A stretch of DNA of 55,505 bases from Thermoleophilia bacterium (GCA_025964435.1 JAOPYV010000007.1:1-55505), one strand, 5' to 3'. Counted from the first letter of the stretch, positions 16,582 to 28,036 are shown. Notes: generated by a model not told the origin, from the sequence alone. Made by a program: numbers and translations.

Positions 16582-16716
16582 ATGACGCATGTCGCACAGC
16601 AGTTCGGCCACTCCAGCGGGAACACCGCTGGCGTTGCCGTGCGTGCAGCGGCAGCGAGCGGTACCTGGCAGTGGCAGTGGACCTGGTCCTCGGCCGACGC
16701 CATGCGTACCCACTGA
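16582..16716 (+). CDS. trpL: tryptophan operon leader peptide (44 aa, WQWQWTW)
   Basis: ATG 16582 to TGA 16714-16716: MTHVAQQFGHSSGNTAGVAVRAAAASGTWQWQWTWSSADAMRTH. Four Trp codons fall within 7 codons (16666-16686), upstream of a terminator and the trp genes. Too short to appear in the ORF track. Confidence 0.8.
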   Translation: MTHVAQQFGHSSGNTAGVAVRAAAASGTWQWQWTWSSADAMRTH

Positions 16717-16748
16717 TCCACGAGCCCCGGCTCACAGACGGATCCTCA

Positions 16749-16785
16749 GGGCGCCTGGCTTCGGCCGGCGCCCGTCGTTCTTCTC
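16749..16785 (+). terminator. trp attenuator (intrinsic terminator)
   Basis: Stem GGGCGCCTGGC (16749-16759) / GCCGGCGCCC (16764-16773) with TTCG loop, followed by GTCGTTCTTCTC. Lies 33 nt after the leader stop and 32 nt before the aroF ATG. Confidence 0.75.
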
Positions 16786-16816
16786 ACCCACCGTCTGCAC
16801 GTCCCAGGAGCTCACC

Positions 16817-17677
16817 ATGTCCACCGACCGCCATCCCTACCGAAATGCCCTCCGCGCCGATCGCCCCGATACCGTCGTCCACGTCGGCCCAGCACGTGTC
16901 GCCATCGGCGGCGACAGCGTCGCCCTGATCGCCGGACCGTGCGCGGTCGAGGACCGTGACCAGCTGCTCGGCATCGCCCGTGGCCTGCGCAGCCAGGGCG
17001 TCCAGCTGCTGCGCGGCGGCGCGTTCAAGCCGCGAACCTCGCCACACTCCTTCCAGGGCCTCGGCCGAGAGGGGCTGGAGATCCTCGCGGAAGCGCGGGA
17101 TCTGACCGGCATGGGCATCGTCACCGAAGTTCTCTCGCCAGAAGAGGTACCGCTCGTGGCCGCGTATGCCGACGTGCTCCAGGTGGGAACCCGCAACATG
17201 GCCAACTACCGACTGCTGCAGGCCGTCGGCGCGACCGACATGCCCGTGCTGCTCAAGCGCGGCATGGCCTCGACGATCGAGGAATTGCTGTGCGCCGCGG
17301 AGTACATCCTCGCGGCCGGCAATCCCAACGTGATCCTCTGCGAGCGCGGTGTGCGCTCCTTCGAGCCGCTCGTGCGCAGCGCCTTCGACCTCAACGTGAT
17401 CCCGCTGCTACGGCACCTCACCCACCTGCCGGTGATCGTCGACCCCTCGCATGCTGCAGGTCGCTCCGATCTCGTGCACGGCGTCTCGCTCGGTGCGGTG
17501 GCTGCCGGAGCCCACGGGCTGATCGTCGAGGTGCACGATGATCCGGCTGCAGCGCTCGTCGACGGCGCCCAGTCGCTCGACCTCGAGCAGGCTGCAGCCC
17601 TGGCCGACGGCGTCGATGCCGTGGCCCGCGCCACGGGCAGGAAGCTCGGTCGGACTCGGAGCACGGTGGCAGCATGA
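16817..17677 (+). CDS. aroF: 3-deoxy-7-phosphoheptulonate (DAHP) synthase, type I-beta
   Basis: Motifs IAGPCAVE, LRGGAFKPRTSP, VDPSH. AGGAG SD at 16806-16810. First gene after the Trp attenuator. Confidence 0.9.
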   Translation: MSTDRHPYRNALRADRPDTVVHVGPARVAIGGDSVALIAGPCAVEDRDQLLGIARGLRSQGVQLLRGGAFKPRTSPHSFQGLGREGLEILAEARDLTGMGIVTEVLSPEEVPLVAAYADVLQVGTRNMANYRLLQAVGATDMPVLLKRGMASTIEELLCAAEYILAAGNPNVILCERGVRSFEPLVRSAFDLNVIPLLRHLTHLPVIVDPSHAAGRSDLVHGVSLGAVAAGAHGLIVEVHDDPAAALVDGAQSLDLEQAAALADGVDAVARATGRKLGRTRSTVAA

Positions 17678-19185
17678 CGGAGCGTTCCTGCATCCCTGAC
17701 GCTGCGGCATTCGCGCGGCTGGCGCTGCCGGGAGTGGCGGTGCCGGTGGTGCTGGAGCTCGACGGTGCGCTCACCGGGCTGGACCCGCTCGCGACGTATG
17801 AGCTGCTGGCTCGAGGCGAGCGCCACGCGGCACTGCTGGAGACGGCCGACGCCGGCGCCGGCAACGCCGAGGTGAGCATCGTCGTGCCGCGCGCGACCCT
17901 CGTGATCGAGGGCGCCGACGTGCTCGACCAGGCGCAGCGGTCGTGTGCCGACGCCGTGGCGGACATCGGTATCGACCTGCCCGGCTTCGTCGGCGGGGCG
18001 GTCGGCATGTTGACGCATGAGCACGTCACGCGCCTGGAGCCGACGGTTCCGGTCGCCGCGGGCGCACATCCCGCCGGTGGCCCCGAGGCGGTGTTCCTGC
18101 TCGTCGACGAGTTCGTGATCTTCGAGCATCGCCACGATCGCGTTCGCGCGATCCACACGGTGCGCGTGCCGGAGGGCGAGCCGGAGTTCGACGTCGCGGC
18201 TGCGTATCGCGCCGCCACCGAGTCGCTGGGCGCGCTTGCCGCGCGGCTGGAGGACGTGCCGAGCCCGGAGCCCACGAGTGACGTGCGCGCGGCTGGCGAG
18301 CCGGTCGTCGCCGAATCGAATGTCACCGAGGAGCGATTCCTCGAGATGGTCCGTGATGCGCGCGAGCAGGTGCGGTCCGGTGAGTGCGTGCAGATCGTCG
18401 TGTCGCAGCGATTCGATCGCCCCTTCGGCGGAACGGCCGAGGATGCCTACCGGGCGCTCCGCGATCGTGGACCTGCCCCGTACCACGTCCTGATGCGACT
18501 GGACGAGCTGTCGATCGTCGGCGCGAGCCCCGAGCAGCTCGTCGGCGTCGATGGAACGCGTGGCGCAGGGCGCATCGTCACGCATCCCATCGCCGGCACG
18601 CGACGCCGCGGCGCGACACCGGCCGAGGACGACCTGCTGGCGACCGACCTTGAGGGGGACCCGAAGGAGCGCGCGGAGCACATGATGCTCGTCGACCTCG
18701 GGCGCAATGACGTGGGTCGGGTCAGCATCCCGGGCAGCGTCGAGGTGACGCAGCTCGCCGACGTCGAGCGCTTCTCCCATGTCATGCACCTGGTCAGTCG
18801 AGTCGAAGGCGACCTGCGCCCGGGCCTGGAGCCCGTCGATGCGCTGCGCTCCTGCTTCCCCGCCGGCACGCTGACGGGAGCGCCGAAGGTGCGCGCCATG
18901 CAGCACATCGCCCGACTCGAGCCCGATCGCCGCGGCCCGTACGGTGGCGTCGTCGGCTACGTCGGACACGGTCGGATGCTCGACATGGCCATCACGATTC
19001 GAACGATCGTCATCGCTGGCGGCATCGCATCGGTCCAGGCCGGCGCAGGCGTCGTCGCCGCGAGCTCCGCGCGTCGCGAGTATGAGGAGACGCGCGAGAA
19101 GGCGGCTGCTGCACTCGAGGCGCTCGCGGCAGCCGATGCACGCATGGCGGCAGCCGCGGGCCAGGACGTCGAGGTGCCCGCATGA
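17674..19185 (+). CDS. trpE: anthranilate synthase component I
   Basis: ATGA overlap with aroF. Conserved TrpE C-terminal chorismate-binding region (GTLTGAPKVRAM, GPYGG). Confidence 0.95.
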   Translation: MTERSCIPDAAAFARLALPGVAVPVVLELDGALTGLDPLATYELLARGERHAALLETADAGAGNAEVSIVVPRATLVIEGADVLDQAQRSCADAVADIGIDLPGFVGGAVGMLTHEHVTRLEPTVPVAAGAHPAGGPEAVFLLVDEFVIFEHRHDRVRAIHTVRVPEGEPEFDVAAAYRAATESLGALAARLEDVPSPEPTSDVRAAGEPVVAESNVTEERFLEMVRDAREQVRSGECVQIVVSQRFDRPFGGTAEDAYRALRDRGPAPYHVLMRLDELSIVGASPEQLVGVDGTRGAGRIVTHPIAGTRRRGATPAEDDLLATDLEGDPKERAEHMMLVDLGRNDVGRVSIPGSVEVTQLADVERFSHVMHLVSRVEGDLRPGLEPVDALRSCFPAGTLTGAPKVRAMQHIARLEPDRRGPYGGVVGYVGHGRMLDMAITIRTIVIAGGIASVQAGAGVVAASSARREYEETREKAAAALEALAAADARMAAAAGQDVEVPA

Positions 19186-19772
19186 TCCTGCTCATCGACA
19201 ACTACGACAGCTTCACCTACAACGTCGCGGACATGCTCGCCGCGCGCGGCGCCGACGTGCAGGTCGTGCGCAACGACGAGGTGACGGTCGACGACGTGCG
19301 TGCGCTCGAGCCCGGCCTGGTGCTGCTGTCACCCGGCCCCGGCCGACCGGATGATTCGGGCGTCTGCCTCGACCTGATCCGTGCCGCCGGCGAGGGTGCC
19401 TTCCCGCTCTTCGGCATCTGTCTCGGGATGCAGGCGATCGGCCTCGCATTCGGTGCGCGCATCGAGCGGCTCGAGCGAGTCGTGCACGGCCAGTCGAGCC
19501 CGATCCGACATGATGGCGCCGGCATGTTCGCCGAGCTGCCACAGGATTTCGCGGGTGGTCGCTACCACTCGCTCGTCGTCGCGGAGGAGACGCTTCCTGA
19601 GCAGCTCGTCGCAACGGCGCACACGGATACCGGCGTGCTGATGGGCATTCGCCATCGGACGCTGCCGATCGAGGGTGTCCAGTTCCACCCGGAGAGCATC
19701 CTGACGCCGGACGGACACGTCCTGCTCGCAAATTGCGTGGCTGCGGCCACGGCCAACCTGGAGGTCGCATGA
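19182..19772 (+). CDS. trpG: anthranilate synthase component II (glutamine amidotransferase)
   Basis: MILLIDNYDSFTYN, catalytic GICLG, HPES. ATGA overlap with trpE. Confidence 0.95.
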   Translation: MILLIDNYDSFTYNVADMLAARGADVQVVRNDEVTVDDVRALEPGLVLLSPGPGRPDDSGVCLDLIRAAGEGAFPLFGICLGMQAIGLAFGARIERLERVVHGQSSPIRHDGAGMFAELPQDFAGGRYHSLVVAEETLPEQLVATAHTDTGVLMGIRHRTLPIEGVQFHPESILTPDGHVLLANCVAAATANLEVA

Positions 19773-20794
19773 TGGACATCGTCCACGAATCACTGCAGCG
19801 ACTGCTGCGCAACGAGACCTTGTCACGCGCCGACGCGCGAGCTCTGATGGACACCGTGATGGTGGGCGAGGTGGCCGACGCACCGTTCGGCGCCATCTTC
19901 GCGCTGCTGCATGCGCGGGGCGAGACGGTCGACGAGCTCGCCGGCCTGGCCGAGGCGATGCGGGAGCATGCCGTGGTCGTCGACGCGCCCGCCGATGCGA
20001 TCGATACCTGCGGAACCGGCGGCGACGGCGCCGACACCTTCAACATCTCCACATGCGCGGCGTTCGTCGCCGCGGGTGCGGGGGCGACGGTTGCGAAGCA
20101 CGGCAACCGCGCCGTCAGCTCACGGTGTGGGTCGGCCGACGTGCTCGAGGCACTCGGCGGGACGCTCGAGCTGGAGCCGACCTCGGTCGTCGCCAGCCTC
20201 GAGGCCAGCGGCTTCGCCTTCATGTTCGCGCCATCGTTCCATCCGGCGATGCGTCACGCCGCTGGCCCGCGCCGCGCGCTCAGCACGCGCACCGCCTTCA
20301 ACTTCCTGGGACCGATCTGCAACCCGGCCGGCGTGACCCGCCAGGTCGTCGGTGTCAGTCATGCCGCAGCAGCCGAGCGCATCGCAGAGGTGCTGCGCGA
20401 GCTGGGTGCCGAGCATGCCCTCGTCGTGCACGGAAGTGATGGGCTCGACGAGCTGAGCATCGCCGCTCCGACCATGGTGCTCGACGTGACACCGCTCGGC
20501 ATCACGCGCTCGGAGGTCACGCCGGAGCAGCTGGGCCTGACACGGGCGCCGATCTCCGCGCTGGTCGGTGGCGACGCCGCACGCAACGCGGACATCCTGC
20601 GCTCGGTCCTCGAGGGATCCGCGGGTCCCGCCCGCGACGCGGTCGTGCTGAATGCCGCTGCCGCCATCCTGGTGGCGGGCATCGCACGTGACCTGCAGGA
20701 CGGCGTCCACATCGCCCAGCGCAGCATCGACGAAGGGGCGGCGCTCGACCGCCTCGAACGATGGGTCGCTCGAACGTCGGAGGTGGCGGCATGA
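19769..20794 (+). CDS. trpD: anthranilate phosphoribosyltransferase
   Basis: DTCGTGGDG and KHGNRAVSS motifs. ATGA overlap with trpG. Confidence 0.95.
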   Translation: MMDIVHESLQRLLRNETLSRADARALMDTVMVGEVADAPFGAIFALLHARGETVDELAGLAEAMREHAVVVDAPADAIDTCGTGGDGADTFNISTCAAFVAAGAGATVAKHGNRAVSSRCGSADVLEALGGTLELEPTSVVASLEASGFAFMFAPSFHPAMRHAAGPRRALSTRTAFNFLGPICNPAGVTRQVVGVSHAAAAERIAEVLRELGAEHALVVHGSDGLDELSIAAPTMVLDVTPLGITRSEVTPEQLGLTRAPISALVGGDAARNADILRSVLEGSAGPARDAVVLNAAAAILVAGIARDLQDGVHIAQRSIDEGAALDRLERWVARTSEVAA

Positions 20795-21600
20795 CCGGCG
20801 CAGCACTGGAGACCGGGACCTACCTGGATCGCATCGTCGCCGACGTGCGGCGACGGCTGGCGGCCGAGGCGCAGGACGGGATCGACCGTTCCGTGCTCGC
20901 GGCAGCGCCGGTCACGCGTTCGCTCGTCGATGCCGTACGCACCGCGGTCGCCGAGGATCGGCTGGCCGTCATCGCGGAGGTCAAGCGGCGCTCGCCGTCG
21001 GTCGGTGACATCGCGATCGACGCGGACCCCTCGACGCAGGGCGCCGCCTATGCCGTCGCGGGCGCGACGGGCATCAGCGTGTTGACCGAGGCCGATCACT
21101 TCGGCGGCAGCCTCGACGACCTGCGCGCCGTGCGTGGCAGCTCCGCCGAGGTGCCGGTGCTGCGCAAGGACTTCATCGTCGAAGGCAGCCAGCTGATGGC
21201 GGCACGGGCCGCAGGGGCCGACGCGGTGCTGCTCATCGCCGCGCTGCACGATGCATCGCGCCTGCGCGACCTGGTCGACATGGCGCATGGACATGGGCTC
21301 GACGTGCTGCTCGAGGTGCACGACGAGGCAGAGCTCGAGCGAGCGCTGACCACCGAGGCCGTGCTGATTGGCATCAACAATCGCGACCTGCGCGACTTCT
21401 CGATCGACCTTGCCGTCACGGAGCGGCTCGCGCCGCTGGTGCCGGCCGATCGCCTCGTGGTCGCCGAGAGTGGCGTGCGTACCGTCGCCGACGCCGCCCG
21501 CCTGCGCCGCGCTGGCGCACATGTCGTGCTCGTGGGGGAGGCGCTGATGCGCGCCGAGGACCCGGCAGCGTTCGTTCGCGAGCTGGGAGCGTGTCGATGA
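20791..21600 (+). CDS. trpC: indole-3-glycerol-phosphate synthase
   Basis: IAEVKRRSPS, LRKDFI and GINNRDL motifs. ATGA overlap with trpD. Confidence 0.95.
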   Translation: MTGAALETGTYLDRIVADVRRRLAAEAQDGIDRSVLAAAPVTRSLVDAVRTAVAEDRLAVIAEVKRRSPSVGDIAIDADPSTQGAAYAVAGATGISVLTEADHFGGSLDDLRAVRGSSAEVPVLRKDFIVEGSQLMAARAAGADAVLLIAALHDASRLRDLVDMAHGHGLDVLLEVHDEAELERALTTEAVLIGINNRDLRDFSIDLAVTERLAPLVPADRLVVAESGVRTVADAARLRRAGAHVVLVGEALMRAEDPAAFVRELGACR

Positions 21601-22279
21601 GTCAGTCGACTGACATCGAAGTGAAGCTGTGCGGGCTGCGCAGCGTCGAGGACGTCCGCGCGGCAGCTGCGGTCGGTGCGAACTTCGCGGGCATCGTGCT
21701 CGTTCCGGGGGCGCGGCGAGCAGTGACGCTCGAGGTCGCAGCGGCCATGGTCCAGGAGCTTGCGAGTGATCCCTGCCGGCCGATCGGCCTCGTCGGGGGC
21801 GCGGTCTCGTCGGCCGACGTGCGCCGCATCGTCGCGACGACCGGGCTGCGATCGCTGCAGCTCGTCGGGAACGAATCCCAGGCGCGCGGGCTGCTGCATG
21901 ACCTCGGTGACCTCGAGCTCGACCTGCATCGCACGCTCACGCTGCCGAGCGAGCTGGATCTGCAGGACGCGGCCGAGGGCTGGGAAGCCCGCGGCGTCCG
22001 CATCGTGTTCGACGCAGCTGGCCGCGTCGGTGAGCTGGGCGGCACGGGTCACCGGATCGACGCTGACGCGGTACGCCCGCTGCTGCATGGCACGCGTGGC
22101 CTGGCCGGTGGCCTCAACCCACGGAACGTGGCGGACATCGTGCGCGACCTGCAGCCCGCGCTGGTGGATGTCTCGAGCGGCATCGAGGATTCCGCAGGCG
22201 TCAACGACCCAGCCCTGATGGCCGCATTCGTGGAGGCCGCGCGGCGCGCGGCCTCCGAACCACACCCGGAGCCAGTCCC

Positions 22280-22283
<4 letters not shown>
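21597..22283 (+). CDS. trpF: phosphoribosylanthranilate isomerase
   Basis: [12 protein letters not shown]-terminus typical of TrpF. ATGA overlap with trpC. Alternative GTG start at 21591. Confidence 0.9.
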
Positions 22284-23531
<1,248 letters not shown>

Positions 23532-23545
<14 letters not shown>

Positions 23546-24338
23546 GATCCGGGCGGCATTCGCTGCCGCAGCGCAGGAAGATCGCGCTGCCCTCATCCCG
23601 TACCTCGTCGCCGGACGACCCGGTGTTGAGGAGCTGCCGCACCTCGTGCGCGACGTCGTCGCAGCGGGCGCCGACATCGTGGAGCTGGGCGTGCCGTTCA
23701 GCGACCCGCTCGCCGACGGGGAGGTGATCCGCAACGCCACGCGTCGTGCGCTCGACGCGGGCGTGACCGTTGCCGGGTGCCTCGACCAGGTCCGCGCCAT
23801 CCGCGCGCTCGGCGTCGAGGTGCCGATCGTGCTCATGGGCTACGTCAATCCACTGCTCGCTTACGGGGTCGAACGGTTCTGCGCCGACGCCCACGCAGCC
23901 GGCGTGGATGGTCTCATCGTGCCCGACGTGCCGCTCGAGTCCGCGGGCCCGCTGCTCGACGCCGCCGCGACCCACGGCCTCGGCATGACCTTCCTCGCGA
24001 CCCCGCTCACCAGCGACGCGCGTATCGCGCAGCTCGCCACAGCTTCGACCGGTTTCCTCTATGCCGTGGCCAGCACGGGCACGACCGGCGCTCGCGCCGA
24101 TGTCGCCGCCTCGACGCACGAGCTCCTCGCGCGCGCACGCGCGAGCGCGAGAGACACCCCGGTTGCCGTCGGCTTCGGCGTCTCGACGCCCGGCCACGTG
24201 ACCGAGCTCGCGCCCCACGCCGATGGCGTGATCGTCGGGAGTGCGCTCGTCGCGCTCGTCGAGCAGGACCCCGTCGCCGCCGTGGCACGCGTGGGGGAGC
24301 TCGCGCGCGCGGCGCACCATGCCGTCACCGCTCCCTGA
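23532..24338 (+). CDS. trpA: tryptophan synthase alpha chain
   Basis: [13 protein letters not shown] and GFGVS motifs. 14-nt overlap with trpB. Confidence 0.95.
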
Positions 24339-24375
24339 CTGGGGCGACGCCCGCTCCGATAGCTAGTCTGTGTTC

Positions 24376-25701
24376 ATGAGCGACGAACCCATCACTGCCA
24401 CGACGATCTTCCCGATGTACACGCGCATGGGGGCGTCGCGACGGCGCTCGGATGATCCGCGCAGCGATGTCGAGGTGGACCGTGACCGGCTCGTCCACTC
24501 CCATGCCTTCCGCCGACTCCAGCGCAAGACGCAGGTCGTGGGCGTCAACTCGATCGACTTCTTCCGCACGCGACTGACGCACACCATCGAGTGCGCACAG
24601 CTCGGGCGCGCCATCACGCGCCGGCTGACCGACGGCTCGTGGGAGGGCGTCGTCGCCGAGGAGTGGCACCTGCCCGACCTCGTCGAGGCAGCCTGCCTCG
24701 CACACGACCTCGGCCATCCGCCGTTCGGCCATACGGGTGAGGAGGCGCTCGACCAGCTGCTCCAGGATCGCTGGGACATGCGCTTCGAGGGCAACGCCCA
24801 GAGCTTCCGCATCGTCACGCTGCTCGAGCCGAAGAAGTACCGCCGCCTCGACTCCGCGCCCGGACGCCCGCTCGGGCTCGACCTGACGCGTGGCACGCTG
24901 CGCGCGATGATGAAGTACCCGTGGAACGAGGCGCAGGCGAAGGCGACCGACACCGCGAAGTTCGGCGTCTACGACGACGTCGAGGATCTCGAGGCGCTCG
25001 ATTGGCTCTGGGACGGTGCGCCGCGCGACGCACATCGCACGCTGGCGACGGAGATCCTCGAGGCGGCCGACGACATCGCCTACGCGGTGCATGACATCGA
25101 GGACGGCACCTGGGCACGGCTCATCCCGATCGACCAGATCGTGCAGCTCGAGTCATGGGCCGTCGAGCGCATCGCGGCGATGGCCGAGATCCGCAACCCG
25201 GGCATGTTCGTGGATCCCGCCGTCGAGGTCGAGGCGGAGCTGCGCGAGCTGTTCGCCCCCTTGGAACGGGCAGCCTGGGCACGTGGTCCGTTCGATCGCT
25301 CGCGGGCGAGCGAGGGCGGCCTGAAGAGCTTCTGCTCCGCGCTGACCGACGACTTCCTGCGCCGCGTCACCGAGGGTGGCTCGCTGCAGTGGACCGACAA
25401 CGTCGTGCTGCAGCGTCGCATCGCGGTGCTCAAGGCGATCATCTGGGTCTGGCTGATCGAGCCGCCGGAGCTCGTGACCAAGCGCCACGGCCAGCGACGG
25501 ATCATTCGCGAGCTCGTCGACGGCTTCTTCATGGAGCCACGCATGCTCCCGTACCAGGACGAGTGGCAGCGCGTCGCCAACGGCGGCATGCGCTCGCGCG
25601 TGCGCTTCGTCACCGACCACGTCGCATCGATGACCGACACGTACGCGATGCGGATCCATGGCGAGATGTACGGCACGGCCCCCGGGAGTGGCTGGGAGTA
25701 G
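24376..25701 (+). CDS. dgt: dGTP triphosphohydrolase-like HD-domain protein
   Basis: HSHAFRRLQRKTQV, RLTHTIECAQLGR, HDLGHPPFGH. Alternative GTG start at 24370. Confidence 0.9.
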   Translation: MSDEPITATTIFPMYTRMGASRRRSDDPRSDVEVDRDRLVHSHAFRRLQRKTQVVGVNSIDFFRTRLTHTIECAQLGRAITRRLTDGSWEGVVAEEWHLPDLVEAACLAHDLGHPPFGHTGEEALDQLLQDRWDMRFEGNAQSFRIVTLLEPKKYRRLDSAPGRPLGLDLTRGTLRAMMKYPWNEAQAKATDTAKFGVYDDVEDLEALDWLWDGAPRDAHRTLATEILEAADDIAYAVHDIEDGTWARLIPIDQIVQLESWAVERIAAMAEIRNPGMFVDPAVEVEAELRELFAPLERAAWARGPFDRSRASEGGLKSFCSALTDDFLRRVTEGGSLQWTDNVVLQRRIAVLKAIIWVWLIEPPELVTKRHGQRRIIRELVDGFFMEPRMLPYQDEWQRVANGGMRSRVRFVTDHVASMTDTYAMRIHGEMYGTAPGSGWE

Positions 25702-25893
25702 CGTGAACGCGGCGGTTGCGGCGATGATGGGCGGCTGGCGGCGATATATGGTCGCGGAGCGCCCATGATCGGAGCAGCGGGGTCTCGGGCCACGCTGCGT
25801 TGACGTGGATCGAGCTGGTCGCTGCCGACGAGGCGGGGGTCGATTCGCTCCGCGGCATCGCTCACCGAGGACCCGACGGCGTAGGATCGGCAC

Positions 25894-26406
25894 GTGGATT
25901 CCCTGCTCCCCCTCGGTCTCGTCGCAGTCGCGCTCGTCGCGCTGCTCGTGCTGCTCGACGGCGTCTGGCGTCGTCGGCGGATCGGTCGTGCGCTCGACCA
26001 GGCGTGGCGGGACGTGCCACGCGATGCGGAGACCGGGCTCTTCGACCGTCGCGTCTGCCTGCAGCGCATCGCCGCCGAGCTGAAGCGTGCGGGACGCAGC
26101 GGGGGCAGCGTCTGGGTCGGCGTCATCACCGTGCTCGAGGGCGACGCCGATCGCTTCGGCCGCCTTTTCCACGACACGATGCGCCTTCCCGAGGTCGGCT
26201 TCCGCATCGGCGAGCGCGTCGTCTGCATCGCGCGGCCCGATCTCGACGCAGCAGCGCGTGACGACCTGCTCGGTCGCGTGCTCGGTGCCGCGCCGCGCGA
26301 GCGCCTCGCGATCGGTGAGGCCACATGGCGCGGCGCAGGTGACGGCGACGCGACGCGCCTGCTACACGCAGCCAGCGAGGCCGTGCGCGAGGTGGATGTC
26401 CCGTGA
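25894..26406 (+). CDS. membrane-anchored degenerate GGDEF-like protein (170 aa)
   Basis: N-terminal TM, then DAETGLFDRRVCLQRIAAELKRA (GGDEF-domain start). RIGERVV stands where R-x-GGDEF is expected, and the central DxD/GH region is shortened. Confidence 0.7.
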   Translation: MDSLLPLGLVAVALVALLVLLDGVWRRRRIGRALDQAWRDVPRDAETGLFDRRVCLQRIAAELKRAGRSGGSVWVGVITVLEGDADRFGRLFHDTMRLPEVGFRIGERVVCIARPDLDAAARDDLLGRVLGAAPRERLAIGEATWRGAGDGDATRLLHAASEAVREVDVP

Positions 26407-27989
26407 CCCAGCTCGTCGCTGCATCGATCCAGGACCAGGCCGCCGACCTGCGACCAGAGGTCGTCGCCATCCTCGGCGCCCTCGCCGCATTCCTCGTCGT
26501 CTGTGCGATCGGCGTCCAGCTCTCGGCCCGTCGCCGCACGATCGAGCTGCGCGCCGCAGAGGAGGAGCTCGTCGATCGCGACACGGGACTGCTCCCGCGC
26601 AGCGCCGTCCGCGTCCGCCTCGGAGCGGAGCTCGCGTGGGCATCGACCAGCCGCACGCCGATCTCCGTCGCCATCTTCCGCGTACGGGGTTCGCGCTTCG
26701 TGCGCGCCGCCCACGTGCTGCGCCAGTCCATGCGCGAGGAGGAGCAGGCGTTCCTGCTGCGCGACCAGCACATCGCGGTCGAGCTCTGGGGTGCGGACGC
26801 CGACGCCGCCGCGGCCGGCGTCGCGCGGATCGGCGCCGACCTCGTGCGCGCGGGACACCCCGTCGTCGACGCTGGCATCGCGTGCTCGCCTCGGGACGGG
26901 AGCGACGTCGACACGCTGCTGGCCGCCGCACGACGCGACCTGCGCCCGATCGATGACCCGCTCGAGGACCACGGCACGCGCCACCGCACTTGGAGCGCGA
27001 CGCGCCACCAGGGGCTGCTCCTGCGCGGCATCCTGCCGTGGTTCGCGCTGCTCGGGCTCGTGCTCTGCACCGCGTGGCGCCTGCTGCCGGCCGCGATCGA
27101 CGCATCGCTGACCAACCAGCTCGACGGCGCCGACCTGCTCATTGCCTTGGTCGCCGCGATCGGCATCCCGATCGGAGCAGCCTTCGTCCACGCCTCGGCC
27201 TGGAACCTCGGGGGCGGTCCGGCGCCGCGCTCGCGTCCCGTCATGCCGGCTGGCTGGCGCGCGCTCGGGCTCATCGCGACGGCGATCGGCATCCCGCTCG
27301 CCTGGGGCATCTTCCTGCCCGACACACCGGGCGGTCTCAGCGAGGGCTTCGGTGCGTCGCTGGCCTTGCTCGCCCTCGTCGTGCTCGTCCTGCTGCAGGC
27401 CCGCCAGCTCGTGCACGTCGCCGTCGTCCCGCTCGTCGCCGTGCTCCTGCTGGGCGCCGGCATCACGTGGGTCAGCATCGAATCGTGGGACCTGCCGGTG
27501 TTGGCCAACGCCGGGCGCCTGCTCGCCGCTGCGGCGCTGGGTGCGTTGTTCGCGCGCTGCATCGAGCGTGCGTCGTGGCTCGTCATGCTCGCCGTGCTCG
27601 TCTCGGCGGTCGACATCTGGAGCGTCACCTCCGAGTCCGGCGTCACCAACGACCTGCTCGAGGGCGACGGGGGCGGTCGCCTGCTGGACCTGCTGCTGTT
27701 CACCGGACCCGTCGTGCAGGCTGTGCCGCTCTTCGAGATCGGAGTCACCGACCTCGTCTTCCTCGCCCTGATCCTGTGCTGGTCGGCTGACTGGCGCGTC
27801 GACCTGCGCCTGGCCGTGCCGCTGCTGGTCGGCGCCACCTGGGTCGCGCTGCTCGCCGTCGAGCTCAGCGATCGCACGCTGCCGTTGCTGCCGTTCCTCG
27901 CCGCCGCGATGCTCGTGGTCACCGGGATCCGCTCACTGCGCCTGCGCGCCCAGTCGCGCCGCTGGCACACCACCAGCGCACCCGCCTGA
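26403..27989 (+). CDS. degenerate GGDEF-like domain fused to a large polytopic membrane domain (528 aa)
   Basis: GTGA overlap with the previous gene. TM, then DRDTGLLPRSAVRVRLGAEL... LLRDQHIAVEL (in place of GGDEF) ... AGIACSPRDGSDVDTLLAAA, then about 9 TM helices. Confidence 0.75.
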   Translation: MTQLVAASIQDQAADLRPEVVAILGALAAFLVVCAIGVQLSARRRTIELRAAEEELVDRDTGLLPRSAVRVRLGAELAWASTSRTPISVAIFRVRGSRFVRAAHVLRQSMREEEQAFLLRDQHIAVELWGADADAAAAGVARIGADLVRAGHPVVDAGIACSPRDGSDVDTLLAAARRDLRPIDDPLEDHGTRHRTWSATRHQGLLLRGILPWFALLGLVLCTAWRLLPAAIDASLTNQLDGADLLIALVAAIGIPIGAAFVHASAWNLGGGPAPRSRPVMPAGWRALGLIATAIGIPLAWGIFLPDTPGGLSEGFGASLALLALVVLVLLQARQLVHVAVVPLVAVLLLGAGITWVSIESWDLPVLANAGRLLAAAALGALFARCIERASWLVMLAVLVSAVDIWSVTSESGVTNDLLEGDGGGRLLDLLLFTGPVVQAVPLFEIGVTDLVFLALILCWSADWRVDLRLAVPLLVGATWVALLAVELSDRTLPLLPFLAAAMLVVTGIRSLRLRAQSRRWHTTSAPA

Positions 27990-28036
27990 CCATGCGCGCG
28001 CTCGCCTGCCACCGCCCGCAGGAATAGGCTGCACGC

